The notes: a model not told the origin generated them from the letters alone. DNA of 24,815 nucleotides from a virus (IMGVR_UViG_3300043478_000039:1-24815); one strand, 5' to 3'. Counted from the stretch's first letter, positions 7,998-16,921 are shown. Numbers and translations are program-made.

Positions 7998-9241
7998 CAG
8001 GCGAACTTGATGATCTTGTTGGTGATGGTGGTCGGCTGCAAATTGTTGTGCGGCTTGTCGCCGCCGATCGAATCGGTGGTCCCGGTCAGGTTGTGGATGT
8101 GGTCGCCCTGCCCGGCGGGGGTCAGCGGGTTGTCGGTGTAGAGGACGCCGCTGCCGGCCTGGAACCCGAAACCGCCAGCCGTGCTGGCGATGCGGCCGGA
8201 GATGGTGTGCTGGTGGTCGCCGCCGCCGGTGGCGGTCTTGCCGGCCGCCGACAGGGTGTGGACGTGCGCCGATATCTGCAGGTCGGTCAGCGTGTGCAGC
8301 ATGTGGCCGCCGGAGGTGCCGAGCTTGGTGCCGTCCATGTCGTTGATGGTGTCGGCCGACAGCGCGATGCGGCCGGCGATGCTGCCGCCCATGTCGTCCT
8401 GGCCGGCAGTGACGCGGCCGCGTAAGTCGGGAACGCTGAAGGTGCTGCCGCTCGGCAGGCCCCATAGCGAGCCGGTGCCGCCGAGCGCCTGGAACAGCTT
8501 GTCGTAGGGCGGGGAACGCGACAACGACTGTCCGTAGCAGAGTAGCCAGCCGGCCGGCGCCGCCGGTCCGCCGTAGTCGACGATCGAGCCGATCGGCACG
8601 CCGGTGTCGGTCATGTTGAGCTGATACCAGGACTGCCAGCTGCCGTTGTCGAGGCGCCGCGCCCACGCCGCCGTCGAGTTGATCTGCCTCCACTCCTGGT
8701 ACTGATAGAGCGAGTTGTAGACGTCGGCCCACAGGTAGCCGTACACGCCCGCCACCGGCGCGTTGGTGGTCGTGGTGTTGGCGAGGTAGTGGCCGGTCAC
8801 GGTGACCGAGTTGGCATTGTTGCTCGGCACCGGCTCCGTCACCGAGCGCAGGCGCACCGGCAGCACGGTCTCGGAGACCAGGCCGGTGGTCAGCAGGCCG
8901 GCGTCGGCGAGCAGCGCGGCGATCGCCGCCGCCGTCAGGCGGACGTCGACACGGGCCTGGTTGGCGGTGAACGGCAGCGCCGTCGTGCCCTCCGCCCATG
9001 CGTTCGGCGCCCCACGCGGCATCTGCATGGTCAGCGTCGCGCCAGCCCGGCCGATGCACTTCATGATCTCGCGCTGGCCGGCGGCGTCGACGACGACGAC
9101 AGGGAACCAGTCGTTGGACCCCGCCGCGATGACCGGGAACTTGGCTGCGTCGGCGGCCGCGACGTTGAGCGATGGGTCAGTGCTGGTGATGCTCGACGCG
9201 AGGATCGAGGTGGCGTTGTTGGTCAGCCTGACAGTGCCCAT
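7997..9241 (-). CDS. Tail fibre with N-terminal anchor, knob-like domain, tail collar domain and HxH needle, 414 aa
   Basis: Collar motif VPIGSIVDYGGPAAPAGWLLCYGQSLSR...TFSVPDLRGRV. HVH/HQH/HIH motifs and C-terminal GGDKPHNNLQPTTITNKIIK as in T4 gp12-like/microcystin-dependent family proteins. N-terminal ~110 aa is paralogous to the fibre at 13524-15512. Confidence 0.9.
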   Translation of the reverse strand: MGTVRLTNNATSILASSITSTDPSLNVAAADAAKFPVIAAGSNDWFPVVVVDAAGQREIMKCIGRAGATLTMQMPRGAPNAWAEGTTALPFTANQARVDVRLTAAAIAALLADAGLLTTGLVSETVLPVRLRSVTEPVPSNNANSVTVTGHYLANTTTTNAPVAGVYGYLWADVYNSLYQYQEWRQINSTAAWARRLDNGSWQSWYQLNMTDTGVPIGSIVDYGGPAAPAGWLLCYGQSLSRSPPYDKLFQALGGTGSLWGLPSGSTFSVPDLRGRVTAGQDDMGGSIAGRIALSADTINDMDGTKLGTSGGHMLHTLTDLQISAHVHTLSAAGKTATGGGDHQHTISGRIASTAGGFGFQAGSGVLYTDNPLTPAGQGDHIHNLTGTTDSIGGDKPHNNLQPTTITNKIIKFA

Positions 9242-9260
9242 GCGATAGCCCTCAAAAAGC

Positions 9261-9277
9261 CAGCACGTCCTGCGCTG
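9261..9277 (-). promoter_or_regulatory. Conserved leader element copy 2: GGA-loop hairpin overlapping an SD/AUG-sequestering hairpin (9239-9267)
   Basis: mRNA CAGCGC-AGGAC-GUGCUG (6-bp stem). Alternative stem CGUGC-UGGCUUU-UUG-AGGGCUA-(UC bulge)-GCAUG covers GAGG and AUG. Confidence 0.75.
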
Positions 9278-9286
9278 CCGGCAGTA

Positions 9287-9475
9287 TTATGTCTTGCGGC
9301 TCTTCGTGTCGACGGCGGCCACCTTGTTGCCGGCTTCGAGGAACTCCAGCCAGTCGCCCTGCTGGCAGTTGTCGTCGAGCCACCAGACCTGGTCCTGGTC
9401 GTCGGTCGCCTTGATCAGCATCTCGGGCGGCGGGAAATCGTTGACGACGTACTCGGCGGAAACGAACTTCGGCAT
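9287..9475 (-). CDS. Small protein, probable tail fibre assembly chaperone, 62 aa
   Basis: ATG 9475 overlaps the fibre [17 protein letters not shown]...WWLDDNCQQGDWLEFLEAGNKV resembles the small 'N.DY..YL.W...GN' type proteins that follow fibre genes. Confidence 0.65.
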   Translation of the reverse strand: MPKFVSAEYVVNDFPPPEMLIKATDDQDQVWWLDDNCQQGDWLEFLEAGNKVAAVDTKSRKT

Positions 9476-11460
9476 CACACCCTCGCATCGACAATGTAGG
9501 TCGCAGACATCATGGCATAGCCGGTGCCGGAGCACGTCCGCAGATCGCGCAGCGTCTGGCTGTTGACAAAGCTCAGCGTGCCGCTGGTCGGGAACAGCGT
9601 GCCCGTCCCGCCGCTCGCCGCCAAGGCCGGGGTGGTGCGCGGCGTTATCGGGATGACGTAGACAGCGAGGAAGTTGGCGCTGCTGACGCCGGCGCCGTTC
9701 CACAGCCCATAGAAGGACTGCCAGTAGCGCTGGCACTTTATCATCTCGGTGGCCACGTCAGGCGCCTCCCACTTGGGCGGCACGCCGGTGTTGTCGGGGT
9801 CGAGATAGAGGCCGACGTCCCACAGCTCGAAGGTGTTGCCGACCGTCAGCAGGCCGTTGCTCATGCCCGGCCCGCCGACGAAGTTGCCGGCCTGCCAGCC
9901 GAGCACGCCGACGAAGGTCGCCCCGGTGCAGAACGTGAAAGCGACCTGCAGGGCGTGCGTCTCGTCGCTAGGCCAGGTCCCGGTGACGTCGCCGGGAATG
10001 ACGATCACCTGCTCGGTGTCGACGTTGTTGGCGATAGTGAAGGTGGCGATGAAGGACCGATTGGCGGCGCCGTTGCGGATCGCCACGGCGTAGGTCCCGG
10101 CGGGGCCTTTGATCCCGAACCGCAGGACGACCTGCTTGGCGCCCGCCGCACCCCACCCGAAACCTTCGATGTTCAGACCTTCCAGGCGTTGCATGATCAG
10201 CCAGTACTCACCGGCGGCGATCGAGGTGTCGGCGGTGGTGACCTTGAACTGCAGGCGGTCCTTCGACTTGTTCGGCGTCACCGTCTGCACGCGCTGCGCG
10301 GTCGCCGCGCCGGTGCTGATGTAGGAGTGGTTCCACTGATCGGCGGGGTAGCCGAGGCCAATCAGCGCATCGCCATACTGCTGCGAGATCTGCATGGCGC
10401 CGTTGATGAAGCGGTTGCGCGCGTCGGCAGTCTTGGTGGCGAGGCCGACCCACGGCCCCCACGTCCCGCCGAACACGCCGCGATACCACAGCCCCTTGCT
10501 GATGCTGGTGTTGAGGCTGTAGGGGATCGCCAGCTGGGTGACGTTGGCGCCGTAATTGTGCACCTCGCAGAAGTAATATTCGGAGGCCACCGGCGCGTTG
10601 GCGCAGCCGGGGCCGAGCAGCTCGGGGTGCAGGCCGGGCTTGGTGATGGTGTTCCAGTCGGTGGTGCTGCCGACGACGGTGACCTGGCCCAGCGCCTCCC
10701 ACGCCGCCGATCTGCGGACGTAGGGTTTGCCGTCGTTGACGGCGTCGGTCATGAAGCCGGGCGCCGCCGAGGTCGCCAGCGCGTGCAGGCCGAGGTTGCC
10801 GCGCAGGCCGTGCTGGGCGTCGGTCAGGGTGCCGGTGATGGCGCTGAACGGATGCGTATGGGCGTCCGGCGGGAAGGTCGCCGGCTTGCCGGAGATGCTG
10901 GCCCAGTCGCTGGCGCCGGCCGGTCCGGTGTCGCCGGTGTCGCCCTTGTCGCCCTTGTCGCCCTTCGGCCCCGGCACCGTCGAATCGGCGCCGGCCGGGC
11001 CGGTCGCACCGGGCGCACCGGCGGCGCCTGTCGCGCCGGTGTTGCCGGGCAGGCCCTGCGGTCCCTGCGCTCCGGTCGGCCCCGCCGCGCCGGTGTCGCC
11101 CTTGACGCCCTGCACACCCTGCGCGCCAGCGGATCCGGTCGCGCCGGTGTCGCCCTTGACGCCCTGCGGACCTTGCGCGCCGGTGACGCCCTGCGGCCCT
11201 GCCGCGCCGGTGGTGCCGGTGTCGCCCTTCGCGCCAGCCGGCCCGACCGGGCCGTCCGGCCCGGCCGGTCCGGTCGCCCCCATCGGCCCGGTCGGCCCGG
11301 TCGGGCCGGCTGGCCCGGTTGGACCAGGCGGGCCGTTGACGGCAGCCGGTGGGACGCCCTTGACCAGCCAGCGCGGCGGCACGAAGACATAGGTCTGGCC
11401 ACCACCCGGAGGGGTGAATTCCTGCCCGCTGACCGGGCTGGCCGGGAAATCGTAGCTCAT
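9475..11460 (-). CDS. Collagen-like tail/head fibre with knob-like and C-terminal receptor-binding domains, 661 aa
   Basis: 39+7 Gly-X-Y triplets, HTH motif, foldon-like [16 protein letters not shown], pyocin-knob-like DWNTITKPG...VTQLAIPY...[14 protein letters not shown], and [13 protein letters not shown]...YPADQW...EMIKCQRYW beta-sandwich. Confidence 0.88.
   Translation of the reverse strand: MSYDFPASPVSGQEFTPPGGGQTYVFVPPRWLVKGVPPAAVNGPPGPTGPAGPTGPTGPMGATGPAGPDGPVGPAGAKGDTGTTGAAGPQGVTGAQGPQGVKGDTGATGSAGAQGVQGVKGDTGAAGPTGAQGPQGLPGNTGATGAAGAPGATGPAGADSTVPGPKGDKGDKGDTGDTGPAGASDWASISGKPATFPPDAHTHPFSAITGTLTDAQHGLRGNLGLHALATSAAPGFMTDAVNDGKPYVRRSAAWEALGQVTVVGSTTDWNTITKPGLHPELLGPGCANAPVASEYYFCEVHNYGANVTQLAIPYSLNTSISKGLWYRGVFGGTWGPWVGLATKTADARNRFINGAMQISQQYGDALIGLGYPADQWNHSYISTGAATAQRVQTVTPNKSKDRLQFKVTTADTSIAAGEYWLIMQRLEGLNIEGFGWGAAGAKQVVLRFGIKGPAGTYAVAIRNGAANRSFIATFTIANNVDTEQVIVIPGDVTGTWPSDETHALQVAFTFCTGATFVGVLGWQAGNFVGGPGMSNGLLTVGNTFELWDVGLYLDPDNTGVPPKWEAPDVATEMIKCQRYWQSFYGLWNGAGVSSANFLAVYVIPITPRTTPALAASGGTGTLFPTSGTLSFVNSQTLRDLRTCSGTGYAMMSATYIVDARV
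10909..11334 (-). repeat. Collagen Gly-X-Y repeat tract within the fibre gene
   Basis: 39 uninterrupted GXY triplets, an STVP interruption, then 7 more. Visible as 9-nt periodic sequence with a larger near-duplication (gcgccggtgtcgcccttgacgccctgc twice). Confidence 0.95.
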
Positions 11461-11461
11461 G

Positions 11462-12121
11462 TCACCATCCCAGATCGAGGCCGACGTACTGCGTGTCTAT
11501 GACGCCATTCGCAAAACCCGGCACGGTGATGGTGTCGCGGTAGATCGAATAGACGTTGACGATGGTCGGCTTGACAGTCGTGGGGCCGGGGTTCGTCCAC
11601 GTCTGCCCGTCGCCATTCGTCACCTTCAGGACAATTGCATAGTAGCCATTTGCCAGCATCGTGGCGGGTGTGACACTGGCCCACGCCCAGTCGCCAAGCG
11701 CCACGCTGGACACGTCGATGTCGGCCTGCGCTATCGTTGTGTTGGAGAACCACTCATAGACGAAAACTCGACGCGGCGTGCGATTACCCCCGGAGTATTG
11801 GATGCCGATCCACGAGAACGGCACGTTGGTGGGGCCGATACCGGCTCGCCAGCCGACCTCGCCAGTGTAGTCGTTGCGGCCGCCGCCGGGGGTGAAGGCG
11901 GTGACCAGCGAGGCGGTCGGCCCGCTCGGCCCCGCGACGCCGCCACCGACCCACGCGGTGCCGTTCCAGAACTTGACCGGCTTGGCGACCCACGCCGAGC
12001 CGCTCCACACCTTGGCCGGCTTCTCGACCCATGCAGTGCCGCTCCAGACCTTGAGGCGGCCGCCGGCCGGCGGCGTGACCGCCGCCGTCTTGCGCCCGAG
12101 GAAGATCTGGAACGACCGCAT
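11462..12121 (-). CDS. Putative fibre-tip/adhesin protein with three KVWxGxAWV repeats and a C-terminal beta-sandwich (DUF4082-like), 219 aa
   Basis: [36 protein letters not shown], followed by [11 protein letters not shown]...[20 protein letters not shown]. Confidence 0.65.
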   Translation of the reverse strand: MRSFQIFLGRKTAAVTPPAGGRLKVWSGTAWVEKPAKVWSGSAWVAKPVKFWNGTAWVGGGVAGPSGPTASLVTAFTPGGGRNDYTGEVGWRAGIGPTNVPFSWIGIQYSGGNRTPRRVFVYEWFSNTTIAQADIDVSSVALGDWAWASVTPATMLANGYYAIVLKVTNGDGQTWTNPGPTTVKPTIVNVYSIYRDTITVPGFANGVIDTQYVGLDLGW

Positions 12122-12125
12122 CGCG

Positions 12126-12437
12126 TCACGTCGTCACGATGCAGAACGCCCAGTCCGCCCATTCCTTGACGGTCGTCTGGTCGATCGCCTGGATGGCGAC
12201 GTTGTCGGCGGTCATCTCGGCGGCCGACAGCGCGATCGTCACCCACATCGAGCCAGCCGGCGCCACCACCGGCAACGTCGCCAAATCGGCCAGCGCGCCA
12301 CCGTCCTTCGAGATCTTGAAGTCGCCGGCGGCGATGGTCGGGTTGAGGCGCAGCGCGCCGCTCAGCGCGGCGTCGACCAGCGCGATGCGGACCATGAAGT
12401 CCTCGCCCTTGGTCGGCGGGTTGTAGGGTGCAGCCAT
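12126..12437 (-). CDS. Small beta-rich virion protein (Ig-like/adaptor), 103 aa
   Basis: Coupled ORF with phage-like codon use (FKISKDGGALADLATLP...IALSAAEMTADNVAI), located within the fibre cluster. Confidence 0.65.
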   Translation of the reverse strand: MAAPYNPPTKGEDFMVRIALVDAALSGALRLNPTIAAGDFKISKDGGALADLATLPVVAPAGSMWVTIALSAAEMTADNVAIQAIDQTTVKEWADWAFCIVTT

Positions 12438-12438
12438 G

Positions 12439-13524
12439 TCAGATCCCCATTGCGAAGTTGGCGCGGCTGGTCTGCGGGAAGCCGGTGACCATCAGCGACA
12501 AGTTCGGGAAGAAGTCGGTGCGCAAGGTCCAGACGCCACCGATATCCCATACGCCGGGGCAGGTGACGAAATCGTCGCGCATGTTGTCGAAGACGGAGGC
12601 GAAGCTGGTGAAATCCTCGATTTGCGCACCGCTCATGGCGGCGGCGGTGCCGTAGGAAATGACGCAGTTGTAGGCCCGACCGGCGGCCAGCACGATCGGT
12701 GCCCAGCACTTCGCGCCGATCAGTTCGTCGCGGCTCTGGTTGGCATCAGTGCCGAGCGCGTAGCTGTACAGCGGCGTGCCGCCCGGAGGCGTCGCGGCGT
12801 CGTAGATCCTGAAACTGGCATATTGCGACGCGCCGCCGCCCGTGACCATGAAGCCGGACACCTCGATGTCGGTCGGCGGACGGATCTGGAACCCCTTCAT
12901 CTGGGTGTTGGAGATGAAGATCGTGTTGACGTTGGCGGTGAACGGCTGGCCGTAGGTGACACCGCCCTGCACGATGGCGTGCGGCAGGCGCGTCAGGTTG
13001 CTGCCGTTGACGGTGTAACCGACAAGGCTGCTGACGCCGTAGTGCTGCTGAGACAGCGAGCCATTGAACGCCGGAGCGAAAGCGGTGGTCGTCAGGATCG
13101 ACGGATAATCGACAGTCGGCGCCGGGCTGGTGTTCGACAGCACGAACCACAGGGTCTCACCGATCGCCGCAGGCGAATAGGGCGTCGGGAAATCGACCTC
13201 GATCCACTTCAGCGCCGCGTTCGGCTTGGTGACGACGCCGGTGGCGCGCAGTGTCGCACCGGGTGCCGCCACCAGCGAGCCTTCGGCGTATAGCTTGCAG
13301 TCCATCGTGATGTTGGCGAGCGTGCCTGTGATGGCCTCCAAGAAGAAGTAGATCTTGGTGATCGGCGCAGTGGTCCTCGCCTGATAGCGCATGGCGAGGC
13401 CCGTGCCGGACGCGAGATGCGAATAGGCCGCGTTGAGCGGCAGATTGCCGCGCGAGCCGGACGACTGGTGCGACCCTGTCGGGATGCGCAAGCCCGACCA
13501 GTAGTTGTTGCCGCTGACGCCCAT
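12439..13524 (-). CDS. Hypothetical beta-rich protein, possible receptor-binding subunit, 361 aa
   Basis: TGATG overlap with the upstream fibre. Two similar beta-sandwich-like halves (PITKIYFFLEAITG...IEVDFPTPYSP...LWFVL; DIEVSGFMV...WAPIVLAAGRAYNCVI). Confidence 0.7.
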   Translation of the reverse strand: MGVSGNNYWSGLRIPTGSHQSSGSRGNLPLNAAYSHLASGTGLAMRYQARTTAPITKIYFFLEAITGTLANITMDCKLYAEGSLVAAPGATLRATGVVTKPNAALKWIEVDFPTPYSPAAIGETLWFVLSNTSPAPTVDYPSILTTTAFAPAFNGSLSQQHYGVSSLVGYTVNGSNLTRLPHAIVQGGVTYGQPFTANVNTIFISNTQMKGFQIRPPTDIEVSGFMVTGGGASQYASFRIYDAATPPGGTPLYSYALGTDANQSRDELIGAKCWAPIVLAAGRAYNCVISYGTAAAMSGAQIEDFTSFASVFDNMRDDFVTCPGVWDIGGVWTLRTDFFPNLSLMVTGFPQTSRANFAMGI

Positions 13525-15512
13525 CAGGTTGTGTCGATCCAGACGTCGCCGGTCGCCGGCGAGGACGGCGCTGTCGAGGCGACGGTGAACTTCTTGCCGC
13601 CGACCAGCTCGGCATCGAGACCGCTGCCAGCGCCGTCGACCGTCTTGATCTTGGTCAGCACGTCGGCCGCCGTGTAGGCGCTGGCGTCGAGCTTGGCGGC
13701 GAGAGCCGCGACCAGGCCGGTGACATCCGACTGCGCATGGGTGTGCACCGTCGGTGCCTTGCCGGCGAGGTCGGTGACCAGGTTGGTAACGTCGGCCTGC
13801 GCGTGCGTGTGCACGGTCGCCGCCTTGGTGGCCAGCCCGGCGTCGGCATACTGCTTGGTAACGATGCCGAGCAGCGCAGTCGGGTCGCCCTTGACGATCG
13901 CCAGCCCGGTGGCGCGGTTGATCTGGAAGGGCACGCCGAGCGAGCCGCCACTGTCGTTGTAGTGGCGGACGGTGAAGTCGGAGCCGGCGTCGGATCCGGC
14001 CTCGGCGGTGCCGTCGCCCAGCTCAAGGCGCCAGCGCTGCGAGAACGCCTTGCGGCCGACGATGGCGTTGGTGGCACCGGAGATGCCCTTGTCGAGGTAA
14101 TGGAAGGCGTTGCTGTTGGCCGACGTCACGGTGACCGACGCCGGCCCGGCCGTCGGAGACACGCCCAAGTTGCCAGTCATGGTGTCGCCGGTCTTGGCGA
14201 CGAAGGCGCCGAGCAGCGTGTCGATCGCCGCCTTGGTGTAGCCGACCACCCAGGCTAGGCCGCTCCTGACATAGGCGTTGGCGTCGTTGGGCGCGTCGGC
14301 GATGCCGCCACCGCCACCGCCGCTGCTGCTGAGTTCGTCCTGTGTCACCAGATCGACGGCGACAGGCCAGCCTTCTTCCGGGACTGGCGTCAGCGAGAAG
14401 ATCGGCTCGATGTAGTAGCCGTTGGACGTGCCGGTGCCGGGGTAGGCCAGCGGCGTCGGCGAGTAGCAACCGGCATTGGGTGGGAAGTTGAACGCCGGGG
14501 TCGACATCAGCGCCGTGTGGAAATTGAGCGAGTGGGCGACGCCTTCGCCGACGCAGTCGTAAGAGACGGCGTAAGACGCGCCAGCCGTCACCGGCTGCGG
14601 CGTGGCGAACGTCTTGACGACCCACTGGTTGGCGTCGGTCGGCTCGCCGCCGATCAGTTCCCGGTGGAGGTTGGCCCCGGCACCGCTCCACAGCGTGATG
14701 TTGCGGCTGGTGCGGGTGTTTTCCGAAAGCTGGCGATACCAGCGGACGCCGATGATGTAGCCGGTCTTGACGGCAGTGAAGAGCGTGCCGACCTCGTAGT
14801 TCTGGCCAAGGCCGGTGAAGGTGTTGGGCAACGATGCCCCGAACACGCTGGCAGTGCTGACGCCAGCGCGCGGGCCGTAGAAGATGCCCGTCTCGGTGTC
14901 GAGGTAGACATCGCCTAGCTCGCCGATGTCGGTGCCCGGTGGGCCGCCACCCAGCAAGATGCCATCGCTGAACAGGATGCCGCTGCCGCCGCTCCCACCG
15001 GAGCCGCCTTCCGGCAACGCGCCGACATTGGTCGGCACCCACTGCACCGAGTTGCCGTCGTCGTACCAGATGAACAAATTGCCGGTGTCGCTCTCCCACC
15101 ACAGCTGGCCGATCGCCGGCGAGGCTGGCGGGTTGTCGCCGATCGCCACCACCAGCACGGCGTCCCAGGCGCCGTTCTTGCGGGCATACTGCTTGCCGTC
15201 GGCTGGCGGGTCCTGCAGCAGCACGGAGATGGCGTTGGACGTCAGGCGGTGCGACACCCGCGCGCCGATCGGGAAGGCCCGCGCCGCGGTGCCCTCCTGG
15301 CCGCGCGCCACGGTCAGGACGGCGCCGGCGCGCGCCGTGCAGCGCACGATCTCCAGGTTGACGCCGTCGACCAGCGTCACCGGGAACCAGTCGCCAGCCG
15401 CCGGCGTCGGGAACTTGGCGGCATCGGCGGCCTGCACCGTCAACGTCGTGGTGCCGACGCTGATCGCGGCAGCCAGCGTCGACAGCGCGTTGTTGGTGGT
15501 GATCAGGCCCAT
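13524..15512 (-). CDS. Modular long tail fibre with DUF4082-like domain, 662 aa (real start inside the 735-aa track ORF)
   Basis: Start ATG 15512 (TGATG): MGLITTNNALSTLAAAISVG...EIVRCTARAGAVLTVARGQEGTAARAF anchor domain. Two foldon-like motifs, DUF4082-like NYEVGTLFTAVKTGYIIGVRWYR...YYIEPIF, VAKTGDTMTGNL, two HTHAQxDVTxLV repeats, and DGAGSGLDAELVGG. Confidence 0.88.
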   Translation of the reverse strand: MGLITTNNALSTLAAAISVGTTTLTVQAADAAKFPTPAAGDWFPVTLVDGVNLEIVRCTARAGAVLTVARGQEGTAARAFPIGARVSHRLTSNAISVLLQDPPADGKQYARKNGAWDAVLVVAIGDNPPASPAIGQLWWESDTGNLFIWYDDGNSVQWVPTNVGALPEGGSGGSGGSGILFSDGILLGGGPPGTDIGELGDVYLDTETGIFYGPRAGVSTASVFGASLPNTFTGLGQNYEVGTLFTAVKTGYIIGVRWYRQLSENTRTSRNITLWSGAGANLHRELIGGEPTDANQWVVKTFATPQPVTAGASYAVSYDCVGEGVAHSLNFHTALMSTPAFNFPPNAGCYSPTPLAYPGTGTSNGYYIEPIFSLTPVPEEGWPVAVDLVTQDELSSSGGGGGGIADAPNDANAYVRSGLAWVVGYTKAAIDTLLGAFVAKTGDTMTGNLGVSPTAGPASVTVTSANSNAFHYLDKGISGATNAIVGRKAFSQRWRLELGDGTAEAGSDAGSDFTVRHYNDSGGSLGVPFQINRATGLAIVKGDPTALLGIVTKQYADAGLATKAATVHTHAQADVTNLVTDLAGKAPTVHTHAQSDVTGLVAALAAKLDASAYTAADVLTKIKTVDGAGSGLDAELVGGKKFTVASTAPSSPATGDVWIDTT

Positions 15513-15799
15513 CAGCAGTCCCGCACGCGCATCTCGAAGCGGGCCTCCTTGGTCCGCCCCGACAGCGTCGTGGCGTAGACGCGGATCTCGGATTCCTCGC
15601 CGTCGACGCCGCCCGACACCCAGACGCGGACGACCTGGTCGGTCCACTCGACCTGGTCGACGACGAAGCCGACGGTGGCGTCGACGACCGTCGCGCTTGC
15701 CGATCCGATGGTGTCGCTGTCGGTCAGCCAACGGCCGTAGTCGACGTCATAGTCGAGCCGGTCGACCGGGGCCTTCTCCATGGCTGCGAGGCAACTCAT
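15512..15799 (-). CDS. Fibre-tail adaptor-like small protein, 95 aa
   Basis: ATGA overlap start at 15799. KAPVDRLDYDVDYGRWL...VRVWVSGGVDGEES...TTLSGRTKE matches the widespread 'KDP...LDY..DW..WL...VWLSGG..G...T..GR' phage family. Confidence 0.8.
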   Translation of the reverse strand: MSCLAAMEKAPVDRLDYDVDYGRWLTDSDTIGSASATVVDATVGFVVDQVEWTDQVVRVWVSGGVDGEESEIRVYATTLSGRTKEARFEMRVRDC

Positions 15800-16503
15800 G
15801 CGATCACCTTGTGCTTTTGCCGAACGAGCACGACAGGCTCGCGCGGGATGACTATGCGGCGGTGCTGCACCTTGACGGCGAACAGCCTGCTCTCGCGCGG
15901 CAGCACCATGAGCGGCGTCTCGCGGACCGGCTCCTCGGCGACCTGCATAGCACGGTCTTCGAGCGGCACGACGACGCGGCGAACCCACTCCCAGCGGCCG
16001 ATGAACTCGCTGTCGAGCTGGCCGTCGAGCTGCAGCGCGAAGGCCATGTGGCTGTCGACGCCAAAGGCGCCGCTGATCGATTCGACAGCCTGCTCGAAAG
16101 CAAAGTCGTGCCCGGCTTCGAGGCCGATCGCCCGGCCCAGCCCTGTCGTCTGGCTGAAGGCCAGGCTGTGGTCGGCAGCCATGGCGCGCATGCGGCCGAG
16201 CACCAGCGCCTGGTTGACAGTGAAGGTATGGCTCGCCGCCATGTCCTTGACGCGGATAGTGCTTGCCTGCTGGTCGAAGCGGAACGAGTGGCTGGCCGCG
16301 ATGCTCTTGACGCGGCCGCTGTCGATGAGCTGCGTGAGGCGGAACGAGTGATCGGCGGCGAGGCCCTTGATGCCGCCGGTGTTGAGCAGCTGGGCGAAGG
16401 CGAACGCATGGCTGGCCTCGACGTCGAGGACAAAGGCGCTGCCATCGATCTCGTGGACATCGATGTCGTTGCCGTTGATTGCGCCATGGTCGTCGATGTC
16501 CAT
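15796..16503 (-). CDS. Hypothetical virion protein with 20-aa tandem repeats, 235 aa
   Basis: Six full repeats plus one partial of xAAxHxFxFxQxxxxGxxxx. Coupled to both neighbours. Confidence 0.75.
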   Translation of the reverse strand: MDIDDHGAINGNDIDVHEIDGSAFVLDVEASHAFAFAQLLNTGGIKGLAADHSFRLTQLIDSGRVKSIAASHSFRFDQQASTIRVKDMAASHTFTVNQALVLGRMRAMAADHSLAFSQTTGLGRAIGLEAGHDFAFEQAVESISGAFGVDSHMAFALQLDGQLDSEFIGRWEWVRRVVVPLEDRAMQVAEEPVRETPLMVLPRESRLFAVKVQHRRIVIPREPVVLVRQKHKVIA

Positions 16504-16504
16504 G

Positions 16505-16921
16505 TCATATGACCGACTCGATCAGCTTGCCGATCCTGATCGCTGCCTCGTCGGTCGGCGAGAAAGTGCGCGGCGTGGTCAGCGGGCCGTAGATCAGCAT
16601 GTTGCCGGCGACCTGCGCGTCCCACACCGCGGCGTGGGAGATGGTGATGTCGCCCGGCCCGTCCATCGGGCCGTAATTCATCTGCTTGAGGTTGTTCGTG
16701 GTCTTGGCGGCAGCCGCGCCAAAGCCGGTGTCGACCGCACCGCCGACGGCGGGGTCCTGCCGCAGGTAGGACGGCCATGCGGCGAGCGAGATCTCGTTGG
16801 CGCCGCCGACGCCGGGGTCGGCGATGTGCAGCGAGACGAAGACGCGGGCGGGTGCCGCGAAGGCGACGCCGCGCAGCAAAAGGTCGAGCATCTTGTTACC
16901 GGCATAGGTCGAAGCTGGCAT
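16505..16921 (-). CDS. Conserved phage tail-associated protein, 138 aa (real start inside the 380-aa track ORF)
   Basis: TGATG start at 16921. MPASTYAGNKMLDLLLRGVAFAAPARVFVSLHIADPG...ANEIS...YLRQ...TISHAAVWDAQVAGNMLIYGPL is a recognisable phage structural family pattern. Confidence 0.8.
   Translation of the reverse strand: MPASTYAGNKMLDLLLRGVAFAAPARVFVSLHIADPGVGGANEISLAAWPSYLRQDPAVGGAVDTGFGAAAAKTTNNLKQMNYGPMDGPGDITISHAAVWDAQVAGNMLIYGPLTTPRTFSPTDEAAIRIGKLIESVI

Noticed and set aside
10909-11334. Periodic repeats as a possible CRISPR array or DGR template
   Set aside because: They are in-frame collagen codons. No spacer structure, no cas or reverse transcriptase gene, and no adenine-specific TR/VR pair was noticed in the window.
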